NCBI GenBank assembly: GCA_004764695.1
Contig: SMSO01000037.1
Span: 4,750,747-4,814,746, forward strand
Reading direction: 5' to 3'
From: Schizochytrium sp. TIO01
Taxonomy: Eukaryota; Protista; Bigyra: Labyrinthulomycetes
DNA length: 64,000 bases
Part shown: piece by piece, positions 46,786-58,739 of the stretch
Numbering within the stretch: position 1 is the first letter of the stretch
How the letters are laid out: each line of letters begins with the position of its first letter
Program-made: the position numbers and the translations under genes
Notes under the pieces: model-generated
What the model saw: the letters and a program-made list of their open reading frames with translations, nothing else
The model's database searches: none
What the model was told of the DNA's origin: nothing

Positions 46786-48129
46786 AATTCGTAAAGCTCA
46801 CCATTTCCAAGAATCTCCGAGAAAGGATAGGTTATTTAGCACAATCAAACACATGTATCACGCACAATCAAACACATAAACAGACATAATACACTGCCAG
46901 GGTGCAACAACAGTCTGTTATGGCATATGCTATGTTTTTTAAGTAGGTAGTATTTAGTTGGTAGCGCCACTCCTCTTGCTTTGCCCGAGTGGCAACGAGA
47001 GAGGGGAATCTTTATGAACTCTCGAGACCGCAATTTATGGTGGCTCCTTACATTTACGGTGACGGGCAGAATCACTTTTACTCAAGTAGTCTTGTTATTC
47101 GCTCATGTCAGATCCTGTTACATTAACATGGAGGACAATACAGAGGAGCGTTTATAGGCAAAGGCAATAATTTTGAGCAAATTCACATAAGGAGAAGTTA
47201 GACTTTTCCGTTTGTTTTTCTAGGTCTAGGAGTAAAAGGAGGCGTAGAAGAAATTCAACTCATCTACAAGATCATGTTTCATACTGGTATGATAAAATTT
47301 GATCATGCTCTCCTCATAGAAGCCTGAATTCTGTCTAGCACTAATTCTCTCTTATTTTGAAACAAGTTATTCTTTCTTTCTTATCTATTTGCATTGCACC
47401 CTTGATTGGCCCCATTCTTCTTGCTTCGCGAGGATTGCACTGATCATCCTCGTAGCTTAATTAAAGTTCTTCTCGCCTTCGTAATCCATCCAATGCTTGC
47501 TAGCACTTCGAATTTCACGTCAAAAATTTTCATAGCTTGATTATCATATGGTGACGAAGTAGGGCTAAGGCACAATCGCGGCTTAAAACTAACCCGCGAC
47601 TCAAAGACAATTCTTAAATCGTGTCCTTAGATGGATAGGTAGCACAAATGGATGCATCTGACGGCGTGGACATCACGACCGGCTACGTGTTTGACCTCGG
47701 ATGTTCCCAGCTTGTCTTGGATGGTACCAGAATCACTGCATGGTTCTGAAATGCAAGCATCTCGGCAAGTAAGCAGTTTACACTACTGGTAGAGGAAAAG
47801 ATCGTCTTTTGTGAATGTGCAATTGCCAGAAGCCAACGATCGACACATCATTCGAGTTGTCTTGTCTTTGACCCATCTTGTTTACTTGTTGAGTTTTCAA
47901 ATTTAGGCAAAAGGATAAACAACATTTGAAATTCTCTTTTTGCCTGGCGGAGGACACGATGCCGTAGATAATGGTATGGTCAGTGCTGCGTTGCTCGCGG
48001 GCGCCAGAATAAACCGCAGCCATGCGTGCCCTCAACGTCATGACTTGCGTATATGTGGTTGACTCCGGGAAGCACTCAAAGAGTACTTGCTGAGATGCCA
48101 AACTTCTGGTCAAAGTAGTTTGATAAATC

Positions 48130-48303
48130 GCTTTACTTGTAGTGTTTGGAGCTCAGTGGTTCCTTAGTCATTTCATTTTCTTACCTGACCTCCACTTCTT
48201 AACAAAGTACTTTGACATTCTGAATTGAAGACTTGCTTTACTTGTAATGTTTGGGGCTTGGTGGTTCCTTGGCCATTCCAATTTCTTACTCAACCTCCAC
48301 TTC
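48130..48303. repeat. Imperfect ~70-bp direct repeat, 105-bp period
   Basis: gctttacttgtagtgtttggagctcagtggttcctt... at 48130 versus gctttacttgtaatgtttggggcttggtggttcctt... at 48235; both end in acctccacttc. Confidence 0.85.
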
Positions 48304-48370
48304 CAAGAACCTGAATAATTAATTATATTCACCACCGCCTATAAACGATAAGCTCTAACGTTTTCATAGG

Positions 48371-48410
48371 GACAGAACTATCACAGAACTTTGACAGAAC
48401 TATCACAGAA
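48371..48410. repeat. 11/22-bp tandem repeat upstream of UTP11
   Basis: gacagaactatcacagaactttgacagaactatcacagaa read directly. Confidence 0.85.
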
Positions 48411-48599
48411 GTTAGTGGACAATAATTACACTAACAATTTACATTATGGCACTCATCTCATCCAATACACATTTGTTTGGTAGGGACCAGTCGATTGCCT
48501 TGAAGACTGGGCAAATAGGTGAGCAAGCGAGCGTCGGCAGTTCCCAAGGCGCTGTCTCGAGTTTGCGCTGGCAGAAGTGCGTAAGGAGATAAAGCAATC

Positions 48600-49466
48600 A
48601 TGTCGTCACTTAGGAATGCCGTGAAGCGGCGTACCCACAAGGAGCGTGGACAGTTGGCTCATCGCAAGAAACTTGGTCTTCTTGAGAAACACAAGGATTA
48701 CAAACTCCGCGCGAATGACTTCCACCGCAAGGAGAAGCGCCTCAATGCACTCCACCAGCGGGCTGCCTTCCGTAACCCGGATGAGTTCTACTTCAAGATG
48801 ATTAACAGCAAAACCAAGGATGGTGTTCACGTTCTAGAGAAGGAACATGTCTCTGAGGATGTCAAGAAACTCATTCGAACGCAAAACCTTGCATATCTTC
48901 AGATGCATGAGGAAATGGAGACAAGCAAAATTCGGAAACTTCGTGATCAGCTGCACTTCCTAGGCGAAGTAGGTGACGAAGGCGGAGAAGAACAACTGCC
49001 GAATACTCACACAGTTTTTCTCGAGGACGGTGAGGACAGCGACGAGGACGAGGATGACGACAACAACAACAAAGCAACGCAAAAATCTAAAGGCAAAACT
49101 CCAAAAAGAAATCAGCCTGTAGATAAATTCTCAAAGGCTGTGTCCTCATTTGACAAAGCAAAATACTTTGACACAACAGAGGCTTTTGCTGACCGTGCAT
49201 ACAATCGACCCCGTCAAGAGCAACTTCGAAAGGGAAGTTTGCTGGTAAGTGGAGACAAGCAAGCTATCAAAGCTGCCGCGAAGGAACGTCGTGAGGCATA
49301 TGCAGAACTCGAAGCCCGTCTCGACCGTCGCGATAAGCTTCGTCAGGCCATGGCTCACATGCAAATGTACAAGAACCTATCTGGCAAAGGCCGTCGCATG
49401 AAGATCAGTGACGGTGGACAAGGAAAACCGGCAGTTTACAAGTGGAAGCCAGAACGCAAGCGCTAA
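48600..49466 (+). CDS. UTP11: U3 snoRNP-associated protein 11
   Basis: MSSLRNAVKRRTHKERGQ, GLLEKHKDYKLRA, RNPDEFYFKM, and C-terminal YKWKPERKR. Confidence 0.96.
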   Translation: MSSLRNAVKRRTHKERGQLAHRKKLGLLEKHKDYKLRANDFHRKEKRLNALHQRAAFRNPDEFYFKMINSKTKDGVHVLEKEHVSEDVKKLIRTQNLAYLQMHEEMETSKIRKLRDQLHFLGEVGDEGGEEQLPNTHTVFLEDGEDSDEDEDDDNNNKATQKSKGKTPKRNQPVDKFSKAVSSFDKAKYFDTTEAFADRAYNRPRQEQLRKGSLLVSGDKQAIKAAAKERREAYAELEARLDRRDKLRQAMAHMQMYKNLSGKGRRMKISDGGQGKPAVYKWKPERKR

Positions 49467-50269
49467 ATATGCGATGCGATGAACTTTACCCAAATTCTTA
49501 TACTCCTATAACCCCTAGGCAACCCGCGACCTGCGCTAGAAAACAACCTAGTGTCATTATTTCGATCCGAATGGAACCTCTGCAAATAGATGCAAGGGTT
49601 TCCAACTAAACACGTAACATGACCAACCTCATTTTTTTGTTTTGATCCCACCGCATAGTTCATTTGCATGGGTTTACCAGAGTTTGGCTACTTATTTAGA
49701 GCTCAAGAACATACGCACGCAACCTCAATGTATAGTTGTGCCTTCTTTATTTATTTAGTCATCAACATACCTCTCTTGGCTTTAGGCCTGAACTATTGAC
49801 TACGAAGTGCGAAGCCAAGACGCAACGTTTGTTGCACTTCTCTCAAAGCAAGTTTCTTCGAGAACCCGACGCTCGAGCTCACAGAGCCTTTCGGGCGTTT
49901 TTTTATTTTTATTTTTCTCACTAATAAAGTATTTCAATAATTGCTATACTTGAGATCACGTACTTCAAGCTAAATTAAGAATAAGGAGGTTTTGATTTTT
50001 AAATGGTCGAAGAACGGGGGTCCAGTGCCCGATACTAGCTGCAACCTATGTAGCCAGCACCATACCTCCATTTCTCACTGCTTTCTAATAGAGTTTATAG
50101 TAAATGCTTCCGTCGATTACAATTGTCAGTTTGTTAGTGTGTGAATTACATTAATTTAAATTTAATGTGGCGCTTACTTTTTTACTGCATTTTTTAATTG
50201 TTGGCTTCAATGATGGGAATACTTCGACAGATACGATTCGAGCGGTAACAATCATACCTAATAATAACC

Positions 50270-50730
50270 AGGATATTATGGCAGAACAGGGAGTGATTTA
50301 AGCACATTTCCTTACTCAAGTCCTGGTGGTAGTTTCGATGTGCGGTTTTTTGTTGATGAGACTACAGACGTTTTGGAATCTTTTACCATTGATGAATCTG
50401 ATAATTGTTTAGAAAATGGAGTGGGAGCTACTTCCAGAACCATGTTCAATTACGAGGAAGCTTTTGGTCTTGCGGAAGATAGTGTCAATGCGTCTGTCTA
50501 CATATGATTCGGTTGAGTATGGATACTCGAATAGTAGCAATTTAGGTGAATCGTTGGAAGACGACCAACGTAAACGCGTTGAAAGCGGCTTTGTTCAAAA
50601 TCTAGTTGCGCGATACCAAAGAGCGCACTTCACAAGTAAGAAAGAATGGAAAGAATCAGACAACCAGAGAATCAAGAAAAAGAAGAGGAAGAAGAAGAAA
50701 TGATGACGATGATGAAATTATATCTTAACC
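50270..50730 (+). pseudogene. Possible decayed gene fragment (unidentified)
   Basis: Protein-like runs in shifting frames (STFPYSSPGGSFDVRFFVDETT..., then STYDSVEYGY..VESGFVQNLVARYQ..., then acidic EEEEE) broken by stops and frameshifts. Confidence 0.25.
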
Positions 50731-52171
50731 ATTTTAATTGAATTAATGATAAAAATAATGCTCAGAGTCTAAATTCAGAAGCCCTCTACCGAATGCGGTG
50801 CCTCAGTGCGAGGATCAAATCTATATTTTACACCATAGTCTACATCGTTCCAACGGTTGGGTCTTATTGTACTCATGATCAGGCACCCTTGAAGGCCCTG
50901 TGCTCAAGGAGGATGTCTAGAACGTGTAAAACGATAGAAAATTATTGCATAATGTATTCATTATAACTCTATCTCTTAGCTACCAATTGGTTGTCAGCCT
51001 TTGTAATTCTGCATATGAATATTTTAAGCTGGACACAAAGTCGAATTAACTCTTAAATATCCCTGCCAAGTCCCTGAATAGTTGATATTGGTAAAACGCT
51101 TGTCTGCAGTCACATCCTCATAAAGCTACTTAAGTACATTGCACTTGGGGACAAAAACTTTTTGATAGATGTTCACTAAGGCATAGACATTAGCATCAGC
51201 CGCATGTTCGTTTTCAAGGGCTTCGTGAAAGATTACCTCATTCACATTGCCCAACCTTGAAGATTTAAGATTGGAGAGTTTTTATTTACCAAGGTAGAGA
51301 GTGCCGAAGCACAATATTCTTAGAAATGACGCCGTCAAGCCTTTTTGAGAAAAAAACCAATTGGTCAGGATGGGAATTGCTGTATACAACTATTTCTACA
51401 TAATAGTATCTCTCTATGTTGAACTCTCGGAAACAAATTAGGAACCATCTGCGTAATACCCGGCGAACCTTGCACACCTTGATCGTAAATGTTGTGAATT
51501 GCTGAAGACTTATTGCAGAGTAGCTTGTGCTGTGAAGCGTGCAGAGTTAGTATGACAAGGATGGTGAACTCAGGAGGGAGAGAAAGAGGGTGATATTTGA
51601 GTTATCGGGGCTTCGGATCTGGCTACAGGCAGGATGAATGTATTATGTCAGTCCAATAGACAGGAGATGTCGGACAGGAGAGCTAGGTCAGAGAAATTTC
51701 ACCTTTAGAAGGTGGATTGACAAATGATGTAAAGAACCTCAAGAACTTTTCTACATATTCGCAAAACTTTATATTCTCACTAAACATCGGAATATTTCTG
51801 GATTCGAAATAATATATCATATGACGAGCTTTCGTATTTCACATTATAATTTCAAGGATTACTTCGTCATCCAAGAAACTCTATAATTGTGTCTCTGATC
51901 AAAATCCTAACAAATTTTTATATTTTTAAAAAGGTGTATTCCAATTAACAAAGTTTCAGTGGGAAAGACAGAAAGTTTTGTGCATATCCCTCAAACCATT
52001 TGTATTCAACGATAGCGAAATAGAATACTCTCGGAAGGGAGCAATTTAGATAAGCTTTCACTCCAGCGATTGCACTCATATCACTGCGCTAAAGACCATA
52101 TTACTGGAGAAAGGCTAGATGCCTAATTCATTGATTTCTCACTCATAAGGGGACAATGTAGACCGAACACT

Positions 52172-52825
52172 TTACTCGAAGGGGAGCTTGTCAATCGTGA
52201 AGTCCTTACGGTCTAGTGCAGCCTGATAAGCGACCCACTCATAGAACAGAATCTTGCCTCCATTGTTACGATCAAGGCTGTGGAATAGAATTGTGGCGCT
52301 TTCATCACTAAGCTCACGACCAAAGATTTCCTTGCTATGAGCTTTCATTTCCTCGTAGCTAATGCGGCGATCACCGTCATCATCAATACCCTCAAACTTA
52401 TGCCACAGCTTAGTGAAGTAGTCAAGGTAACCGAAGAAGTCACGGAACTCGTGCTTTGAGATAAAACCATTGTTGTTACGATCGATACACTGATAGGCAC
52501 GCATTACTGCAGGCTTGTTATCATACTCAGGGAAATTCTCGACGATCATCTTGTCAATCTCTGCAAGCGAGCTGAAGTTGTTGCCGTTGTAATCACAGAG
52601 ACGCCACAGCTCGTCAAGTTTATCTTGAGCAGGAGGGTAATCAATCTTGCCAACAGACATTTCGCGACGCTTCTCACCAATGAACTTTTGAGCGATCTTA
52701 AGCATTTCGTTAATTTGTGCCTGCTGAGCTCCGTCATTGTAGTCCCAAGCCGCAGCAAGAGACTCCTTGAAGTCATCCATACTGGTGGAGATTTCACCAC
52801 CGGACGAAGAAGCACCGGCGCCCAT
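52172..52825 (-). CDS. N-myristoylated EF-hand protein, flagellar calcium-binding protein (calflagin)-like
   Basis: Starts MGAGASS. EF-hand loops DYNGNNFSSLAE, DRNNNGFISKHE, DDDGDRRISYEE and DRNNGGKILFYE. Confidence 0.85.
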   Translation of the reverse strand: MGAGASSSGGEISTSMDDFKESLAAAWDYNDGAQQAQINEMLKIAQKFIGEKRREMSVGKIDYPPAQDKLDELWRLCDYNGNNFSSLAEIDKMIVENFPEYDNKPAVMRAYQCIDRNNNGFISKHEFRDFFGYLDYFTKLWHKFEGIDDDGDRRISYEEMKAHSKEIFGRELSDESATILFHSLDRNNGGKILFYEWVAYQAALDRKDFTIDKLPFE

Positions 52826-54789
52826 GTTTATAAAGCGCAAGAAGTCTAGGAAGGGAACTGCAGAGGATACTCTGTTTCCAAGGTTTACTTTTAGTTTGCT
52901 AAGTTTGCGATTTGCTATTGCCGCTGCGATTATTGGCTCTTTCTGACTTTATACCATGTCGTCACCTATACCCGAAGCTAGCTGATATGAGATGCAGAGC
53001 AACTGGTTGTGCAGTCACACATATAACAGTTAGAAAACAAAATCAATTATTTGGTCCTGAACTGCACATACCCATTCAACGGATCTCTTGTTTGCTAAAT
53101 GTGCTGATTCCACCTATCAAATGTTAATACCTATAACCCAGTAGTAATAAGATTAATGGTAATAGTAGTAGTGCTCGCAAAGCTTTCGACCCAAGCAAGA
53201 GAATGCGCTACTAGCCGGTGAAAACCACCTCTTCAGTCTCCTCTATGAATCAACTTTTCGTAATTCAATCATGACTGACTGTACCAGTCAGCCGCTTGCC
53301 AAATACACCAAGAGCAATGTATGCAAAATGTTAGACAAAAGAATACGCTAAGTGACTTTGTAGAGAGCAGTTATTCAGCGTAAACGAGTTTGATTCTATT
53401 AAATGGAGACACACATCTTTGGGAAGGTATTACTTTAGAAGGTACACATAAAAACAGGATGCATGTCCTGGGGTGGCTTTTCGAAACTGAGGGGTTATAT
53501 TTGAAGCGCTACAATCTAACCTTGCTTCCTGGATCTTCTTTAAAATTTGTGTGAATGCTCTTTTCCAAAGACAGCTGTATGAACTTACCGAAAAAAAAAT
53601 TAAATAATAATAAATAATAAAAAGAGATTGTCAGGTTGACTTATGCTACTGTTATAGATGAAGCACCACCTCTGATGCTGTAACCATGCTGTAACCCTCT
53701 AAAAGTTATTAGATCTATTCTTCCATATAATGGATTTGACAAGAACGTTGTGGACGTTTTTTAAAGGCGTCCCTTGCAGCAAGAACTCTTCAAAAGAAAG
53801 GGTATGGTTTCCCAAGGACACAGTTACAAGTATGGATCGCGAATTCCCAACACTTTTTATTATCAAGAACGGCTCAGCCTCGCTAGTAGAGTCACTTTGC
53901 TACCTGGCTTGACTGTAAGCAAACGATGGCGTTGTAAACGAAATGCTTCCTCTGAACTAAGTAATTTGTTCGTTAAGAGACGCGAAGTTTAGTTGAATTG
54001 TTAATGGCCAAGAAATGGGGACATAATTGCGAATCATCTTAACAGACAATTCTAAAGTTGTTTTTTTAAAACGAATGTCAAGGGTTATGTTATTTACTCT
54101 GTCTCTTTCAATGAATAACTGCTGGTATTCGATTGGCTTCCTTGCACTTGTTAAGGAAGAAGATGTGAGGTCTGAGGTTTTTAGACATTCACACTATACA
54201 AGGCTAATTCAACCAATCAAGCAATCAATCATTATTAGCAATACGTAAGATCACATGAGCAAACATCTTTGCGACCAAGATATATAAATGAAATATGATA
54301 TGTTAAAATGAACATAATGAATAACCAAGCTACCGCTTCCTAAATACGCCCAAGACAGTCTAATCTTAAGTCTGAATTTGAAACGAGGTCATTGTATAAA
54401 ACTAGAGTTCCTCAGCCGACTTGGACATTATCGCACAAGCTGGAACCTTGTGATACCAGAAACCGCCTACTTTGCTTTAAAAACTTTGGTTGTCACAATA
54501 TTCTATGTTCACCTCTTTATTTCTCTGTTTCGCTCCCTCAGATAAAATTACAAATTGCATTTACACGAATCATGTAGTGGTACTTTAAATATCATTACTC
54601 TTCTTAATCAACGAAACCTTATAAACATCTTCACTCTTCGCTTAGCTTTCTACGCAGCCTAGGTTATGCGCAGGAATTTCGAAGAGTTCAGGCTCGCAGA
54701 GTTTTCGATTGTGAAGGAGTTCGGCGAGATGGTTCGGCTGCAAGTTTAGAAGGCAGCACAGGCAAATGATAGCAGCCAGAGCCCAACTC

Positions 54790-56165
54790 ACGTACGAGAA
54801 CACTGAACACAGGTAGCATGAGAGCTGCCAGGAAATTTAACTTATCGTAGGTCTTGGTAACAGTGCTCTCATACTTTTCTGAAACCTGTCAGGATGGTCA
54901 AAGAGAGTTTTCACAGTCTGTCTTGTGAGGCGCTGGGAAAACACAAACCAGAATAAATTGGTATGAAATAGCGGCCATGAAGCTTCGCACGAATAATTTG
55001 TGTACCATTGCAAATTAGCCGATGACATATGAATGTTTTCATTATTTGAGAGCAGTTTAAGATTTGGTGTGACATGGAGATTGCAACCATAATCGATTAG
55101 AAATCCTGCCGAGGCTGAACTGTACTGGCTTTGAGGCAGATTTGAGAGAGTTTATCGTCAGGAGTTAAAGACAAAGAACCAGGAAAAGGTCCAGCTCCTG
55201 TAGGGTGCTGTAGGATGTGTAGGAACGGTAAGACCTCTTGAATTTGGTGTCGAGAATTGACGTCATCGTTTTTTGGTGGACTGCCCATGCTGTTTCGACT
55301 GCTTGCTAGGACAGACAGTATGTTGGTGATCAATTGGATTGCAAAGAGAGCGTGCTTCTGTCAAGAACCTGTAATTCTCTTCAGCATGGTTTGATAGTCC
55401 ACAATGTGAGCGTTTGTCTGTTCGAGAAATTTGTTGTTGTGCTCCCCCAGGATCGATGTTTTGAGATGTAGGTCGTCTTTGACGCTTGAACAAACGTTTT
55501 GTTCGGGAGAGATGAAAAGATTTTGCTTGTAGATGCGTGGGTTCAGTGATGTGAGTAAGGTATTCACTGTCTGAACCAATGTATTGACTTGTAACTTCCA
55601 GGCCGGTCTCGCGTAAGTCTTGGTATAGATTTTTCTTATAGTGTTTTAGGCGCACTGCTTGGACGTAGATTGCATTTGTTTGTGGACCCTTGCGATTAAG
55701 ACGTGGTAGAAGGTTCATGAGATACAAATAAACCTATAACGAAATTCCCGTGGATAGCAGGTCGTTCTGAAGGTTTCGTAGTTCAATGAGACAGCTTTTT
55801 AGTTTTGTTTCGTTCATACCATTTAAAGAATGATCAAGATATTTCCAATAGGAGTGCTTCTTTTTTTTAAAGGTTCTTCAGACCGGGTGGTTTTTCGGTT
55901 TTTTTTTAAAGTTGCAACCAGGCTACCCGTCCTTCAATTGCTCTGATTGATACACCATAAATGTGGAGCATCTTTTCCAAATTCTGGACCAGCTTGAACC
56001 CTGGGTAGAGTGAAAAGTGCACGATCCAATTGATGTTGTTGTTTAGCATCAGTTGTAGCTTCAATGTCTTCAGGACTGCATTCATAGCCCATCATGTGCT
56101 TTATCACAGTACTCGACCAGGAGTCCCAGTTGCCTCCGTCTTCTTCAAGGGCGCATGTCATAGGA
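54790..56165 (-). mobile_element. Decayed, truncated Ty1/copia-like LTR retrotransposon (gag, protease, integrase Zn-finger remnants)
   Basis: In order on the minus strand: EDGGNWDSW (gag N-terminus), LIELRNLQNDLLSTGISL*VYLYLMNLLPRL (gag core), RSLCNPIDHQHTVC (CCHC with first Cys as CGC, 55311-55352), LIDYGCNLHVTP (protease DSG motif as DYG, ~55090), then LFDHP and CVQC (HHCC remnant). Many stops and frameshifts; no RT or LTRs found. Confidence 0.7.
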
Positions 56166-57761
56166 ACCCTCCTTATCCTGCTGCTTAAGTTGTCGTGGGT
56201 ACGGTCCTTGCTTCTTGTCGAGGATCGTAAGCGAGACTTTTCTCTTCTTTTCAAGGTTAAAAAAAGAACTTCGTGTCAGTTCTCAGGTCCCTGCATCACA
56301 AGAAACCTTGCGAAGCAAGCCAGCAGCTCTCATTTTCCCCTGTTTCTCTTGCTCTTCTTTTTCCATTCGTTTCACTCTATCGCAAAATATATAATTTGCC
56401 AGACACCCTTTGCAGGCCCCAATGAAGTCCAATTGGCGAAATTCGAGCTGCGCTGTTCGCACGAAATGGAAGGCCAATGTTCAATATCATAGATAGTTAC
56501 TCTAATATAATGTCAGGAAGATGCAGCCCAGGTCATTGCACTTGAACGGATTGTGTTACAGGGCACAAGGATCAAAATAGCATAGTAATACCCAGATTAA
56601 TGTGGTGAAATTTTTACATGATTTTGTCCTTTATAACGTTTAAAAAGAAGCAGCCTGAGGACAAATAGAGATATTAGTGATATGTGACTCTATCTAGCTA
56701 GAAAGAGCATAATAATTCTAAAGCCAAATTTCTAGTTTTTTGTTTTTTTTTTCCCAGTTTTTTTTTTTTTAAATAAAAAAGTTTTGTTTTTTTAAATTAT
56801 GATAATAAGATAAACCCTACATAAACCATATGAGGTTTCGAGAATTGCATCAATTGTAGCCATGGAACTTCGAAATTCATACGTCGAATTCCATCGACTC
56901 GAAATGATATGGTCCTCGAGCTGTTTATCTGTGTTTTCTCGCTCGCGTCATTTTGGCGCATAGGAGAGGTTGAAAAGTACCGGCAAATATATGCGCGCCA
57001 AACTCCTTCATAGCAAGAGCTCAAGAAGCCAAAACAACCTCTCATTACCTCCAAAACTGTAACCCTCACTAGTCAGAGACACTGGGTTAAATAAAATCTT
57101 GAGTGTGCTCAAAGTAGGCACTACCGATACTACCGATCTACCTCCATTTCAGATCTCCTATAATTTATTCCGTTGTGTTTTTCTAATTCCTGCTGACTCA
57201 GGAACTACTTGTGATGGCAGCCATTGGCGTTGAGAACGGGTCCATGCACGATTGAATAAATTAGAGAAGCAGGCTTTCCTTTATGGCGACTCTAATCGAC
57301 CAAAAAAGAGAAAGCTCTCCGACTTCGAAACTGTCATAGATGCGTAGTTTGTGAAGCGAGATATCGCCTTTATGACGACCATCATCCGCGTTGTTGCCGT
57401 GATCCCATATTGCGCCAACTTGAAGAAGCGCCACCGCAATCAATGACGCACAATGCCGCGCATTTGTGGAATTCCAAGACTGCCGTCATGAGCCTCCACG
57501 AAGCGATACGCCTCTGTTGAAGGCCAGATCTGCTAGTATACTCGGCGTCGCGAGTTCGAGTGGTCTTGAATGGAGCAAGGCGAACCTTAGCCGAGCACAA
57601 TAACGTCATCAGAAGCAGCAACAGCGCGAGGAAGGATGCAAAGTCTCAGTGCTGCACGAGCAAAAGGCCATAAATGCATGATCAACAAATTTAAGCACAT
57701 GATCAACAAACGAATGCATCACCAAATGCACCGCGAGCGAGAGACAAGAACACGTAGATTA

Positions 57762-57802
57762 CCACCACCTTCACCACCACCACCACCACCACCACCACGA
57801 CC
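57762..57802. repeat. (CCA)n microsatellite
   Basis: ccaccaccttcaccaccaccaccaccaccaccacgacc read directly. Confidence 0.9.
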
Positions 57803-58739
57803 ATCCAGTTCCTGCACGACTTCAGCTAAAGCTGTGGCTAGGAGGCAGAGAGTGGCATCAGAACAACTCGAAGTCAACTTGCCAAATTGACTCGACAGGT
57901 GCCTCGCCAAAGCCAAAGAAGCCAAAGCAACGCCCAAAGACTCCTCCGATTGGCATTGAGAGAGAGTGTCATTCGTTCATTCTTCAGAGTCGCAAAATGT
58001 TACATTCGAAGAAAACCTTTCAGCAAAAGTATTGATTTAATTAATTGTTTCGTTGACGAGCAAATTCTTCGCCAGAACAGCCAATCAGTCAGTCAGTCAG
58101 TCAGTCTCTGGCAGCGAGAAAGGGTCGCCGGCTCCGGCAGCACGAGTGAAAGCGCCTCACAGAGCGAAGTCGAGCGAGCATTAGCAGGAGAGATTGGGCG
58201 CCAGGGCACAGAAATAAATAAATACCTTCGGTGGGCCTGAATTGCTGTTGATAAGTAATGAGAAAAAGTACATCGTGGGTGGGTAGGTAGGTATAGGGAG
58301 CCGTAGTCGCCAGCTAGGAGTTAAAAAGAAATAAATAACCAACTTTTGAACGAGAAAAAGGTTTTAGTTCGTGAGTGATGCGTAGAACTCGACTATGATG
58401 CACTAGAAGTGAGCTCTCGCTCGAGTCTGCGGGAATCGCTATGTCGACGTAGCACTTTGGTAGGGTCTCGTAGAGGCAAGGCGGGTAGGGGTGTTAAGGG
58501 AAAGCGGTAGGAAGGGATACTGTGATGACTTGAGTGAGTCATTTTCGCTCACTCATCATTGTGAGTGAATATATGAGTGAGTTTGGAGGGGCTCAAGACT
58601 GCCTTGCCTGCCGGCAATAGCGGATGGCCTGTGCGGGTGGAGGTACACATCGGGGCCCGCGGACTGAATTTTGTTACTAGAACTGGGCTGTGTGGACCCT
58701 GGGAGGCCACGGTCCGGGTTTGGTCATCCTCGGGCCAAG

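Noticed and set aside
48130-48410. CRISPR-like repeat-spacer pattern
   Set aside because: Only two diverged long copies, eukaryotic context, no cas genes.
57261-58240. Short ORFs around the CCA repeat
   Set aside because: Low complexity with no consistent frame or motifs; more likely upstream or UTR sequence.
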